Part shown: piece by piece, positions 14,901 to 30,726 of the stretch
Position numbering within the stretch: position 1 is the stretch's first letter
How the letters are laid out: each line of letters begins with the position of its first letter
NCBI GenBank assembly: GCA_033442325.1
Contig: JAWQFM010000003.1
Location: 2,376,149-2,408,974, forward strand
Direction: 5' to 3'
DNA length: 32,826 bases
Origin: Salpingoeca rosetta
Lineage: Eukaryota; Protista; Choanoflagellata
Program-made: the position numbers and the translations under genes
Notes under the pieces: model-generated
The model's input: only the letters and a program-made list of their open reading frames with translations
The model's database searches: none
What the model was told of the DNA's origin: nothing

Positions 14901-17900
14901 CAGCGTGCTCATTGCCATCGCCATCATCCTCAGCACCACTCCCGCCACGCGCGCTGGGACCGGCACCCGAGTTGTCGGAGCCTTCGCCAAACACAGCTGA
15001 CGCAGGCAGCGTGCATCGCAACAGCTGTCGAAGCGCCAGCGGGCTGCTGCTGGCGAGAGATGCAAACAACTGCAGAGCAAGCGCCGCCAACACGGCGTCT
15101 CTGTCATGCATCAGCACGAACAACCATGACAAGGAAGCGCCTGCGCTTGGTGTTGCGTTGGACGCGTCGCTGTTCGCTTGCTGTTGCTGGAAGGCCGGCG
15201 ACGAAGGGGTAAACAGCTGCAACACATCAACATCTTGCGTGTGGGTGCTGTCGTGTCTTCCCCGAGCGCTCTTGCTCTTTCCTCGTTTCCCTCCGCCACG
15301 GTCGTGACCACCACCGCCAGCATGACCACGCGACTGCCGGTGTCGTGACGCTGATAGTGTATACGTGCCCAGCGGGGACGGTTGCGTCATGAAATGCTTC
15401 TTCAGGGCGTTTTGCTTCGAATGTGTGCGCTGACTGCCGTGTCCACTTTTCCGAAGCGCCGACCCGCGCTCACGCAATCGTGGCTCGCCCGGGCGTGGCA
15501 GCATCGTTGCTGATGCTGTGGATGCTCGTCCAGCGGCGTGTAGCCGTTGCTGTTGGTGCTGTTGTGCGCGTGTACGCCGACGACTGGCACCACCTTCACG
15601 CTGGGATGATGCTCCATCCACCGCGTATGTGTGATCCGCATTGCCACCGCCGTTGTCTTCATCATGGGTGCCAGGTCGGTGTGAGGACGACGATGACGAG
15701 AAGGGGCCAGTAGTGTGTGTGTTTCGCCGGATTGCCTGCAAGCAGCTGACGAGAATGCTCAGTGTGGCCTTGAAGTGACCCTTCTCCTTGAAGCTGAACG
15801 TGCCAGACCACGCCTTTTGCGTCGTGTCCATGAAAGGGTGCATGATGGGTAGAACTAGGTTGATGATGCGCGCAGCAAGCTTCGTGCTGATGCCATGTGC
15901 AAATGGGCCATCGGCTTGGCAGATGGCTTGCGTCATGGCTACCGCACGCCCGAGAACGAACAGATCAAAGTAGTGTGGGTTGTTGAGCGCAACCTGAAGC
16001 GTGACCAGCGCCTGCTCTCGAAGCCGTGCCACCGGGGCAGCAACCCTCAGCCTGCCGCATGCAGCAACAACAGCGAGCTCCAAATCCAGCAACGCATGCA
16101 CAATGCGGTTCAACACGTGCTCGCCACCAACGTTGCCTCGTGAGGTGTCGTCATTAGCCTCCTCGTTGTCACCGTGATGGGGGACACTGTCGCTGTCCGT
16201 CGTCGCAAAGGAGGTGCTAGTTGTGGCACTTGCGCGCCAGACGCCAAACGATGTGCCAAGCTGGCGTGCACGCGTCTGCGATGTTGTGGGTGGTAGTGTT
16301 GTGGCAGTTGTTGTTGCTGCTGCTGCGGCCAGGGTGTCTGAGATGAAGCGGGCGCTTGTGGCCGCGCTGCTTGCGCCGCTCATCGCAGCAGCAGCACTGC
16401 GGAACCCATCCTCATCGCCTTCATTGCCACCACCAGCACTTGCCTGGCCAGCTGTTGTACTCTCGCCACGTTTCATTGCCCGCAAGATGAGGCGCTGAAT
16501 GTCGGCAGCCGCAGCGTCCAGCACCCGGCACAGGCGTCGCACGCACCGTCGCCGCCATGGTGCGGTCTCTGTGGACGACAGCGTTTGCTGGCCGTTTGTT
16601 TCTGCATGCTTCTGATTGTCGGCATCGTTGGTTGAGAGTGTGTCCACAAAGGAGGAGATGGCTTCAAGAAGGGTGCACAGATGTGATACAAAGGTAGGCA
16701 CTGAGCTGCCCGCCGCGTTGGCAGTGTCCGCGCGCAGCGATGTTTGGGTCGATGGAATGCCGCTCGTGTCTTCTTCGCCAGCGTACCGCGATGATGACAG
16801 TGATGATGCGGAGAAGCGCGCGCGTGACCTGCCCAGTGCCGTGTGGGGATGACGTGCAGAGCTCGCAACAGGCACAACAGCTGCTGTTGTCGCCGCTGTC
16901 GTCGATAGCCGGACGAGAGAGCGCAATAGGCTGGCAAGAGCCGGCGTACATGTGGCTGGGCGACTGGGCTCAGTTTGCATCAGCAGCGTGAACCGATCAA
17001 TGAGCCGAGCCATTTGCTCCTCAGAGGGAAGGTGGCTGCCCGCTTGCTCGCGTGCCCGCCATGAGTGTGGCTCGTGCAGTTGCGACGCAAGCATATCTGT
17101 CACCCCGACGGCCCAGCGTTCCAGGTGCTGCATGCATGGCGTGGCGGTTGCAGCGGCTGTCACGAGCTTCAGCACGTCCTCATCGAGGGAGATGTGTGCG
17201 GGAAACGAAATTTGCTGTCGGGACACCAGCTCCTGGATGGCGTCGAGCGATTTGTGTCGCATGAGAAGTTCTGTCTTGCGCACGCACTGGGGGAATGGCG
17301 TGGCCGATTCCCGCTGCTGCTGGCGTGTGGAGGCAGGTGCTGTGTGGATCAAAACGTCACGCAAGGGCGATTGCGACGTCGGCTGTGCTGCTCGGGCTTG
17401 GATCCATTGTATTGCTTCAGGTCCAAGTACGAGCAAGAGCTGCTCAGTCGTGAGCAGCGATCTCTGCTGCTGTGTTGTTGTGCCTCCAACGCTGACTGAG
17501 CTCATGTGCGTCCAGAACAAAGGGGAGCGCACGGCTGTTCGAAGCACGTGAAGGCATTCCGGGGACAGAAACCCGCTGTCGACGTCGTAGTCTTGCCACA
17601 AGATGCGGCTCACCAGAGCCACCGTCAATGTTTTTGCCTGGACGTGCGTGTGTACATGAGTGAGTGAGTGAGTGAGTGAGTGAGTGAGTGAGTGAGTGAG
17701 TGAGTGAGTGAGTGAGTGAGTGAGTGAGTGAGTGAGTGAGTGAGTGAGTGAGTGAGTACATGCATGTGCCCATGCGTGAGTGAGCAATTCTTCCGACACA
17801 GCCGATTATCAGCAATACTTTGCAGCAACGCACCGACGACGACGCTCGTGGAAAATGCACGAGGACGGGTGCGGCCTGTGTGACCTTGACGAGTGTTCGA

Positions 17901-19957
17901 TAGAGCAACGCCAGTGGCGCAGCATTCTCCGACACGAGGGCATCAATCATCAACAGGAGAACCTGTGCACACGCGTCCAGCGCTCCTTCCAGCATGCCTG
18001 AAATACAAAGATGTCACGTGGCGTGGGATAACGTTGAACATGATGAGTACACCAGCAAATTCAAAGCAAGTGAATGCCCGCCTCACCGAGTGTGTTTGCA
18101 AGCGCCTGTGATAGAGCTTGTGATTCTGGCTGATTGTTTGTGGTTGTGGTTGTGCTTGTGTTCGAGTGTTTGTGTTTGTACAAGCGTACGCACGAATGTA
18201 CACGCTCGCGTGTCTCACCATGAAGCAAACAAACCTTGTGGGATACGGGCTTGTGTGGCTGTGTCCGAGAGCAACAGCAAGCACACCGTGTGCATGCGTT
18301 TCCGCATGGCAGTCCCAACCAATGTGCCATCCTCCAAGAATTTGGACACCTGCAAAGAAGATTTCACACGAATACAGCCCACACGGCAATGAGGACCGCA
18401 TGATTCATTCGCACACAAAGTGCAAGAAGAGTAAAACACAGGACGTGTACAATTACAACAGCATACTTCAGCTTCAAATGAGATGCCATCACACCGCATC
18501 AACACGTGAAAACACGCAGCAGCACATTGCCCTGCTTGCCAACAAACGTGCCTGGGTCAGTGCTTCCACGTGCGTGCTAGTGAGGGGTTGATTGCTCTCC
18601 AAATGCATCACAATCATATCGCACAGTCGTCCAAATCCAGCTGCATCGTACACCCCTGAAAGCATTGAAAGTTACATATGTGTGAGCGCGCGTGCGTGCA
18701 TATGTGAGTGAGTGAGTGCATATGTGAGTGTGTGAGTGCGCGCGTGCGCGTGTGAGCTTCAAACGAGCACCAAATCGTATGCAAAGATCACCAACTCTCA
18801 CCATACCGACCATGAAGGCGAGAGTGAGGGTTGGTTTGAAGCGGTGCTGACAGCATAGTCATGTATTCCTTCCAAGATATCGCAGCTCCAGTCTGCGCAC
18901 AATTGTGAGTTGTTGATGTGAGCCAACGTTCCCTTGATTACCGTGAGTATGTACAAGTGAACAAACGACCAAACCAGAATGCAAAAGGCGAGCTGACGAC
19001 ATCACACACGCAAACACAGTCGCTCATGCAAGCACACATGCAAGCACACATGCAAGCACTTTCTATACAACTACAAAGACACGCGCACACAAACACACAC
19101 TTACGCATACACACACATACGCATACACATGCACATACACGCACGCACGCACGGACACATGCACAGACCTCATGTGGAGGCAAGAGCTGCGCTGCCCAGT
19201 GTGCGAGCATTGGAGAAGATGTCATGCAGCACAGAAAGAACCACGCCGTTGTGTGTGCGTCTGGTGCAATGTATGGCTTCCATTGCGACAGCAGCCTGAA
19301 TTGTTTGAATGGAGGCACGCAGTAAACCCATGCCAAATCATGCAAACACAAAGAGGTTGGTCAAAATGAATGTGCGAAGCGAAGCAGAAATACAACTGCG
19401 ATCAATTGAATGGAAGCAGGGAGAGCGCATGCGTATTCACACAACAATGTCATGCACGCACTGTTCGCTGAGTTGCGGGTGCAGGAGCAAGAGCAGCCAT
19501 GGGATTTGTGGCTCCAGCTCCTCCACGCCTGTATGCGTGTGATCGTTTGTTTGTGCGTGCGTGCGTGCGTGCGCGTGTGTGAATGTAAGGTGTGGTTGAA
19601 AGGTGCGACGAGTGACTGACGTGTGACAATGTGGCAAGACAATTTAAATCGCTACAGGGACGATGTATTTGTGGCAGCGAAGTTGTCGTACCTTGCGCTG
19701 TGCCAACCAGCGTTTCAAAGAGTTTGAATGTTGCAGAGACAAGAGCGCTCGTCTCACTCCGAGCCGCCTGTGCGTGGCCACCGGAAACGGAAGTGTGGGC
19801 ATGAAACTGGTGCACGGTCTGGATTTTAAAAGAGAGGGGAAGGTAAGCGTAAGTTAGAGTAAGCAAGAAGTGCTGCAGCACATGCGCACGCACGCGCGCA
19901 CGCACATATGCACATACAGACAAGCACACAAACGAATACACAACGCCAGTAATCACA

Positions 19958-19990
<33 letters not shown>

Positions 19991-20680
19991 CACAAACACA
20001 CTTGTCGATGGGAGAAGGACTTGGTTTGAATGGCGAGCGTGGGCAGCGCATCAGTGCGCGCGAGAAGACGGACAAGCGACTGAACAAACTTGGACTTTGT
20101 GCTGGTGCTGGGGACAATGCGCTCAAGCACGTGCGTGTGCAAGAGGTGCTGCACATGTGTGATGGCGGCGAGGCGAACGCGTTCGTCATGATGCAACAGC
20201 AGACATTGTGCAAGAGACGTTGCTGCCGTCGCGTCGGCCGGCACGGTGTGCATGCAGGCAGCGAGCCCTATGGCTGCCCGCACAAACGCAGAAGCTGTTG
20301 ACGATGAAATGTCATCCACCACAAGCAGGGCGGCATGTGCATCTGCCAGGCGCCGGCGCAAGTGGGCAAATGCCCTTCGTTTTGATCCTTGTTGCCCTCG
20401 TGCGAGCACTCCTTCAAAGATTTTGAGGGGCGATGTTTGATCGAAGGTGCCCACCACACGAAACGCGGCCTGGACTGCTTCCCGAGACGCCTGACAGACA
20501 TCAGCGAGGGTGGTGTTGATGATGATGGTGACATGGGTGAACGCAACGGTACTGGTAGAGGAGGTGCAGAACAGCAGACATGCTCGTATCTATCCACACG
20601 CCGTCAATCTCACATACACAAACCGCAGATGCACCCACAGGCACAGAGACAGGCAGACAGGTACAGAGACAGGCAGAGAC

Positions 20681-20767
<87 letters not shown>

Positions 20768-21364
20768 TTTGCTCGTTTTAGGGAGGCCGTGTCAACACCC
20801 GCTTGATGGGCGCAGGCCAACGCGAGCGGCATCAGCGGTGGAAGAGCGTGATGCAGCCAGTCGTTTGAGGCGGCAGCAACAAGCAGCACGGCAACATTCT
20901 CAGACACGTGCGCACTCTCCACAGTCAGCGCGTGTACAACGTCCAAGAAGATGTGCAGTAAAGGAAGGCCGCAGAGCAACACGGGTCGCCGGGCTGAAAG
21001 AGAACGAATACATGCAAAAACACAAACGAAACGACAGCAGCAGAGCACAATACCAAAGCATGAACGTACGTGAGTGTGGTGAGATGCATGTCATCTATTC
21101 ATCGACAAGCGCAGTACAACTGCGTTGACATGATTGTGGAGGGATGGAGTCATCAGCACAACTGCTCACAGGTTGACAAACACCACCGCCAGCGACTTAC
21201 CGAGAACGGCCCGCAATGTGCTCGCTATCAATTCCACCACGTTTGTGAGCTAAGTGTCGAGTCACGAAATGTGTGTGTGTGTGTATGTACGTGTGTGTGT
21301 GAGTGAGTGTGTGTGTGTGAAGGTGAAGGGGAGCGCAAAGGGGCACAGCCCGTGTTCTTGCTAC

Positions 21365-21422
<58 letters not shown>

Positions 21423-22606
21423 TAAAACGCGCACGCATGCGCAAGCACAAACCGTGGTCAGTCGCAGGTCATTTGACCAAGAAGCGCTCATGACAAGAGG
21501 CAGGCACGCGCGCAGGAGTGCAAGGCCGTGGGCAGCGTCTCCGCTCTGCAAAACGTTGCAGTCGACACGTGGCGGGGGTGTTAAGGGGTCAAGGCACGAA
21601 GAGCCATGATATGAGGGCATGAAGAGCCACAGTGTCCATGCGCATGTATGTGTGTACGAGTGGTTGTGAACATTGGAAATTGAGGATGAGGCGCTGGTGT
21701 CGACAAGTAGAATTGTGACTGCAGCTGTGTTGGTACTTGGCACGCATGTTCCATCACACGGAACATCGTACCGCAATGATGGGAAGAACGAGCGAAAAGA
21801 TTGATTCGCAGAAGGAGAGTACGGTCTGAGCGGCCACATGTGGAAACCTACAGAATAGACGTGGGCATGTGGACGTTGTGAGTGAGTGTGCGTGTGAGTG
21901 TGTGTGTGTGTGAGTGAGTGTGTGAGTGTGTGTGTGTGTGTGAGTGAGTGAGTGTGTGTGTGAGTGAGTGAGTGACTGAGTGTGTGTGTGAGTGAGTGAG
22001 TGAGTGAGTGTGTGTGTGAGTGAGTGAGTGAGTGAGTGAGTGAGTGTGTGTGTGTGCATGGGAGCTACAATCGACAGGTTGACAGATCGACAGATGTAGG
22101 TGATGGTTGCCGTTACGCATACAATAAAGTCAATGGCCATCCTCAAGCACGACAAAACAATCAGGCAGACAAGTAAATGCAGCAAAGAACCCAATAAGAA
22201 CCCAATCGCCAACACACAAACGAAGCGCAGGAAAGCCGCGGTATCGGGAACACATACGCAGCAATGTCGGGGTCTGATTCCGCAGAGAGGGTGGTGGAGA
22301 GCTTGGAAGCGATGGCGGTGAGCGCTCGCATAACACAGCGACGACGCTGCGTAAAAGTGTGCTTGTCGGCGGCTATGTCGCCTTCTGGTGCGTTTGCTTG
22401 CAGAGGGATGAACAGCGCCTGTATTGAAGCACGACCAACGTCATAATTAGGAACAAAGCGAGAGCATGTTTCTGAGGATGCGTGCTGTGGTAGCTCCTTT
22501 GTAGACGAAAGGACATAAATCCGCATGCCCACGCACACAAGTACGCACACACACAAGTGCAAACACAAACACAAACACACACACACACAAGTGCAAACGC
22601 ATGTAT

Positions 22607-22658
<52 letters not shown>

Positions 22659-23179
22659 TCGATCCCGACAGCTTCGCACCTGCACGAGCGCAGGGTAGAG
22701 CATGAACGCTTCGGCGGGAAAGTCGCGAACAAGCACGTCAGCGATGAAGCGGCACGTCTCCTCGCACATCGACGGCACCAGGAGTTTGTCTGCCGATGCA
22801 AGCAGCACATCCTCGTCCGCAGCGCACAGCAGTCCAGCAGCTGCAAGGGTGGCGGTTTAAGTGGGCGCAAGAAACGATGAGAGTGTCAGAGGTTGGGTGT
22901 GTTGTATGAGCAAGGAGATGAAGCAGATGGCACAGGCAGCGACAGCAAGAGCGAGCAAGGACGATCTCAGGTACACACATACACACATGTTCGCGTGTGG
23001 TGAGGAGGTGTTGTTGCGGCAGTTCGGATGTTCCAGCCCTCTTCTTCGCTGAGCTCAGAGGCAGCAAAAGGTGGCGTGAAGCGTGCTCGCTCGTGTGGGA
23101 CTCCTTGTGTCACAAGTTCAGCCATTTCCCGTTGCTGCATCAGGGATGAGAGACCACGTCTTCCACGATAGTGTTGCGG

Positions 23180-23232
<53 letters not shown>

Positions 23233-23462
23233 GCTGGCGGGGCTGTGTCCTTGCTTGTGCCGAGGATGCAGCCTGCTGTGGAAGGGCCGATGCGGCGACT
23301 GTGATTGGGTACGGTGAGCCCGTATTGGGCGATGACTCACCAGATGTGCGGCGCGGTCGTCGTGGCCGCTGGGTGGCGAACAAGTTGTCCACTCCCGCAT
23401 TCCTTCTGCTTCCACTTCTAACCATATGATCATGTTCATCGTCCTCTTCGTCGCGTTGTTCG

Positions 23463-23546
<84 letters not shown>

Positions 23547-24563
23547 ACAATATCATCAGCACCATCCTCACCATCGCTCATGGTGGACCAAGATGCAACG
23601 CGCCTGTGACCACGGCGCTGCCGGTGGTGCCACGAGCGACCGGAGGGAAGAGGTGTCGTCGACTGTGCTGGCTGTGTGTGACCTCCACTGCCAGCAGCTG
23701 CAGGTGCCGTGTGCACGGCTGGTGGCGGTGGGGGCGTGCAGGATGGAAAGTACACGGGCCCCTCTGTGACGCTGGCTAGGTCCGTGGCCTCTGACGGCGC
23801 GCCGCGCTGCGGCTGCATTTCGACAATGTGCAAAATGGAGGTGAGGACCTCCACGTGTGCGTGGAATGCCTCATCGTCGTGCTCCTGGCAGTGTGTGCGA
23901 AGGTCTGTCAGAAATTGCAGGCCAATCTCGCCAACCTGCCTCGCCCCTTCCGGCAGCTGTGTCAAAGTTGGAGGTTGATGGGAGTTGCGGGAAGTGGAAT
24001 GGGTGTAAAAAGAGTGAACATGTTTGGGAATCTAGCAAAGACGGTGGCGGCAGGGAAGGCAGGGAAGGTGGTGATAGTAGGGAAATTGATGACGCTGACG
24101 TGCGCGCGTGTACACACATCCACACGAACACACACGCACACATACGCAGCATTTGTGGCACGCATACGTTCAGGCACGCGTTATGCGCACGCAGCCGTAC
24201 CGCGATGACGTATTGAAGGATTTCCAATGCCTGGCTGTAGTGTGAAACGTGCTCGTAGTTGAACCACTGCAGGAGCTCACGCAGGAAGTCCTCCGTCTCC
24301 AGCAGCGTGGGCAAGGAGATGTCTGTGTGCTGGAAGTACAACAACAACTGTTCAACGGCATGCAGCCGCGTCTGTTCAAAGCTGCTGGACAAGTACCCTG
24401 CCAGCGTCTGTACGCGACGTGTGTTGTTTACAACACTCTCTTCTTCCCCAGCACTCTGCTGCTGCTGCTGCTGTTGTTGTTGCTGCTGTTGCTGCTGCTG
24501 TTGCTGTTGTTGGTGCTGTTGTTGTTGGTGGTGCTGCTGCACACTGCGACGCGGCTCAGCCAT
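11956..24563 (-). CDS. RTTN: Rotatin (centriole/basal body protein; Ana3 ortholog)
   Basis: Exon 1 (24201-24563) encodes FLRELLQWFNY. Exon 2 (22987-23956) begins LPEGARQVGEIGLQFLTDLR. Exon 3 (22680-22840) encodes ETCRFIADVLVRDFPAEAF..PALVQ, matching recalled human LLEWFNF and MQDFPAEIF. Further short exons lie between 17834 and 22418 (some boundaries uncertain). Terminal exon 11956-17637 is Leu-rich and ARM/HEAT-like. Confidence 0.85.
17658..17756. repeat. (GAGT)n tetranucleotide microsatellite in the last RTTN intron
   Basis: Pure GAGT run; reads (CACU)n in the pre-mRNA near the acceptor. Confidence 0.97.
23179..23545 (-). repeat. Coding trinucleotide tracts: (CAA)n poly-Gln and (GAT)n poly-Asp in RTTN exon 2
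   Basis: About 18 Q at ~23179-23234 and about 28 D at ~23462-23545, in frame within ORF 22967-23965. Confidence 0.85.
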
Positions 24564-24872
24564 CGTTGGTTGGCCGTTGCTTTTCGCCTCGTTTGAATTT
24601 CGTGTGGTGAAAATTGTCCATATTTTCCACTGAAACGGCACGCAGAGAGAGGACAGCGCAAGAAATGTGGCTTGAGGTTGGTTGTTGGTGGCTGGCAGTG
24701 GCTGCCTGCTTGCTTGTTGGATCTTCGTCTCACTGGTCTTGCTTTGGTGGTCCTGTCGATATTGGATGTCCTGTCGACGTTTGTGTTTGTGCACGAGTGT
24801 GCGTTGATGTTGATGGTTGTGTTGATGGTTGGTGACCTCGGTGTTTACTCGCATGGTCCGACGCTTGTTTGC
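24564..24872. promoter_or_regulatory. Compact bidirectional promoter/5'UTRs between RTTN and the FAX-like gene
   Basis: Divergent start codons about 310 bp apart; no microsatellite in the interval. Confidence 0.55.
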
Positions 24873-27426
<2,554 letters not shown>

Positions 27427-27753
27427 ACGCACACACCCACACCCACACACACGCTCACAAGTACGCACAGCTGTTTATTTATTGTCAAGGGAGAAAGGAG
27501 GAATGTAACTGGCGGAGAGTAAGTCAGCCAAAGCGCAGCTGAATACGAAAAGCAGTAACTTACAAGGGATAGTGGAAGCAGCGTGATGTGACATGTGACA
27601 AGACAAGGCAAGGAGGGGGGAGGAGAGAAGCCATACGAATCGGTGAACAGTCTGCAGCCACACACACAGACACAGATACACACACACACACACACGTGCA
27701 GACACAGGTACAGAACACAGATAGACACACACACACATGTGACGCGATGTGCT

Positions 27754-28581
27754 TTAGATGTCCTTGCCATTGCTGGTCTTGCTGTGGGGTGTCTTGTTTG
27801 GGGCGATGATGGGAAGGCCGGCAAAAGTGGTGAGCGCCACGCGCTGGTTGAGTTCGCGCATGCGCGTGGCGATGCTAAACACGACGTACAGGTAGCTACC
27901 GATTCCCACGCCAATGTGCCACCATGCATGCAGCTCGATGACGGGGGCAAACACGCCGAGGTATGCCCGAAGCAGCTGCAGGTGTCCGCACAGGTGGTTG
28001 TCCACGTTCCACAGCGCAAAGGCGGAAAGGTACATCGTGATGGCGACCGGAAACAAGATGCGAATGCGCGGCGGAGCAGTGCGGCTCTTCAAGTAGGAGA
28101 GGAACATGATGCCAGCAACCTGGATACCGTAAGCGGTCTCATGGAACACGGCGTTCTTGTTATGCAGGTACATGTAGGTGACGAGGACGGCGTAGAGCAC
28201 CAGCCCCGTGACCAGGCCCAGGCCGTGCAGCCCAGTGGTGTATCGGGAGTCCACGATGCAGTACAGGAAGATGCACGAGGCGTAGATCATGCTGAGCTCA
28301 TCCACCAGCTGGTAGTGCCAGAGCAAGGTCATGTGGAACAGCCATGATCCGATGCCCACGCCCAAGAGGCCCAGGAACGACAGCACAAACCTGCGCTCGA
28401 GGCCAGCGATCGCGCAGTTGTAAAGGCCCACCAAGCACGGCACAATGATGGCGAGGTTGCTGAGCGTGTTCCAGAACTCGGCAACGTACGGCAGCAGCGT
28501 GTAGTTCTCCTCGCACCAGTCCAACGTCGATGTTGGGTGGCCCCAGAACGGTGTGGACGAGGAGGAGGAGGAGATGGTCAT
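27754..28581 (-). CDS. ACER3: Alkaline ceramidase (CREST family), single-exon CDS, 275 aa
   Basis: FWGHPTSTLDWCEENY..AEFWNTLSN, GIGSWLFHMTL..QLVDELSM, WNVDN, LHAWWHI: the Ca2+ loop and Zn-binding His motifs of ACER3/YPC1. Confidence 0.95.
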   Translation of the reverse strand: MTISSSSSSTPFWGHPTSTLDWCEENYTLLPYVAEFWNTLSNLAIIVPCLVGLYNCAIAGLERRFVLSFLGLLGVGIGSWLFHMTLLWHYQLVDELSMIYASCIFLYCIVDSRYTTGLHGLGLVTGLVLYAVLVTYMYLHNKNAVFHETAYGIQVAGIMFLSYLKSRTAPPRIRILFPVAITMYLSAFALWNVDNHLCGHLQLLRAYLGVFAPVIELHAWWHIGVGIGSYLYVVFSIATRMRELNQRVALTTFAGLPIIAPNKTPHSKTSNGKDI

Positions 28582-28855
28582 GTTGGATCGATGGATGGGC
28601 AGTGGCAGTCGAGTGTCTGCGTTTGCTGTGTTTGTTTGTTTGTGTTTGCTGTGTTTGTGTTTTTGCCAGTGCAGTTGTGGAGGATTTGCGAACATCTTCC
28701 AGGGAGGAGCGACAAACACACACACACACACACACACTAACACACACACACAGCAGACAGACATACAAACAGACACACACACACATACACAGACACGCAC
28801 ATGGTCACGTGCTGCATGGCGAGAGCGTTTACTGGTCGTGCTGACGGCTGCTGGG

Positions 28856-29588
28856 CTATTGGACAAGTGCACGCAAGTCTTCAAGGGAGGTGGGCACATA
28901 CTGCCCGCCACGCTTGGCATCGCGAACAAAGATGACACCCTTGTCAATGTACACGGTGGCATCTCCAAACGAGTACAGTGGCTGGCCGTGCGCCGTGCGC
29001 CGCCCTTGCTTCGGCGCGAACACAACGCCACACTCCGCAGCAGCACGCGTCACCAGATCGCGCACAGACGTCGCACGCGGCGCACTGACACCGAGCGACG
29101 CTGCTGTCGCTGTCGCCGCCATGCGTGACGGCCCCGTTGCCCCGGCCTTCGCCGCCTCTGCAGCGCCACGTGCTGGCGATCCCATGCGTGGGGATGCAGC
29201 CGCAACCGGCGACTGTGGCCGCGATGGCGTGCGCGTGCGCTCAGATTCCCGGTCGAGAGTGCGCAGTTCGTACGCGAGGGTGGAGGGGTCGTCCATGGCA
29301 CGGTCCATAATCATCAGCGCCCGGTGCAGGCGGCTCTGTCACCAGACGCGCATGTGTGTGCATGTATATATGCGAGCGTGTATGTGAGCGTGTGAATGAT
29401 TTAAGTGCTGGTGAGGTGAGGCAGAGGACAAAACGTTCGACGCATTGAAAGACGACAAAGGAACAGCAAGCGTCATCAACAACGCAAACATACGCACACG
29501 CACTAGCACACACACACACACACAGACAAAGACAGACACACGCGCTATGTGCACACAAGCACAGACACAAACACACGCACGCGCCATG

Positions 29589-29661
<73 letters not shown>

Positions 29662-30686
29662 AAACACACGCGCACACACATACCATACACACACACCACA
29701 ACCAAATGCACGCCATGTACGCACCTGGATGGTCGGGTCTTCGAGGGCGCGGGCCGGGATGAGACGCTTCCACTGCAAATACCAGTCGGCAATTTCATCG
29801 TACATGGCGTCTTCTTGCATCATCCACACGCACAGGCAGCGTAGCAGCTTGGGAAACACGCACCCGGCCCACAGGCTGACCACATCCGAGGTGGCAAGCA
29901 TATCCTCCCACGCCATGGCTGTCTCAAGCACGCCAAAGTCCTGCTCGGCAGGGTTGATGGCAAGCTTGCTGAGGTGTTTCCGAAGCTTGGGCACAACCGA
30001 GCGCGCCAGGAACACGTGCATGTCGCGTGTGCGCCACACCCCGTGCCAGGGCTTGATCATCGCCAGCGCTGTCGTGTCCGCGGCGTCCCACGCGCGCAGA
30101 CACACGCCGAGCTTGTAGCGGACACTGGTGTACACCTCGTGCAGATGCGTGTGCATGTATGGCAGCAGCGGGTGCAGCCACACGTGCACGGGCACGCGGT
30201 CTGTTCGCGGGTCCCAGGCTTGCACTGCGTTCTGCAAGCGAGGGAGGATGAGTTGGCGCGCAATGTTGTCGAGCATGGTGGTGGAGAGGAACGGGCTGAG
30301 CGCATCGAGGAGAGCAACGACGGGCGCCGGGTCGCGTGGTTGCCAGCGCGAGACAAGCGCAGTGCGAACGTGGGGAAGAACTGCAGACCACACAAGCGAC
30401 TCAAACGTCTGTAACGCGTGATTGGTTGCATGTGTGTGTATGTTTGCGTGTATGTGTATGAATGAGTGGGTGAGGGAGTGCCAAGTTAGATGTGGACGTG
30501 GGATAGACGCAGAGGCACAGACAAAGCAGGAACACACAGACAAACCAGGAAACAAAGCAGGAAACGCAATCGTTAATGCATGCACAAACAAAGAAAACAC
30601 ACACACACACACCCAAAAAAACAGCACACACAGACACACACACACACACACAAAAGCACACGCACACACACACACACACACACAAA

Positions 30687-30726
<40 letters not shown>

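Noticed and set aside
17638-17799. Start of the 1947-aa ORF as an independent gene
   Set aside because: THSL repeats come from the intronic (GAGT)n, and a cag| acceptor at 17638-17640 links the exon to upstream rotatin exons.
24580-24600. E2F/CHR-like tttcgcc..tttgaa near the RTTN start, and a search for an RFX GTTGYCA site
   Set aside because: The matches are short and imperfect, and no RFX consensus was seen; not supportable from one locus.
28582-29046. N-terminal extension of the 430-aa ceramidase ORF
   Set aside because: It crosses a microsatellite and overlaps the TFIP11 last exon in another frame; homology starts at Met 28581.
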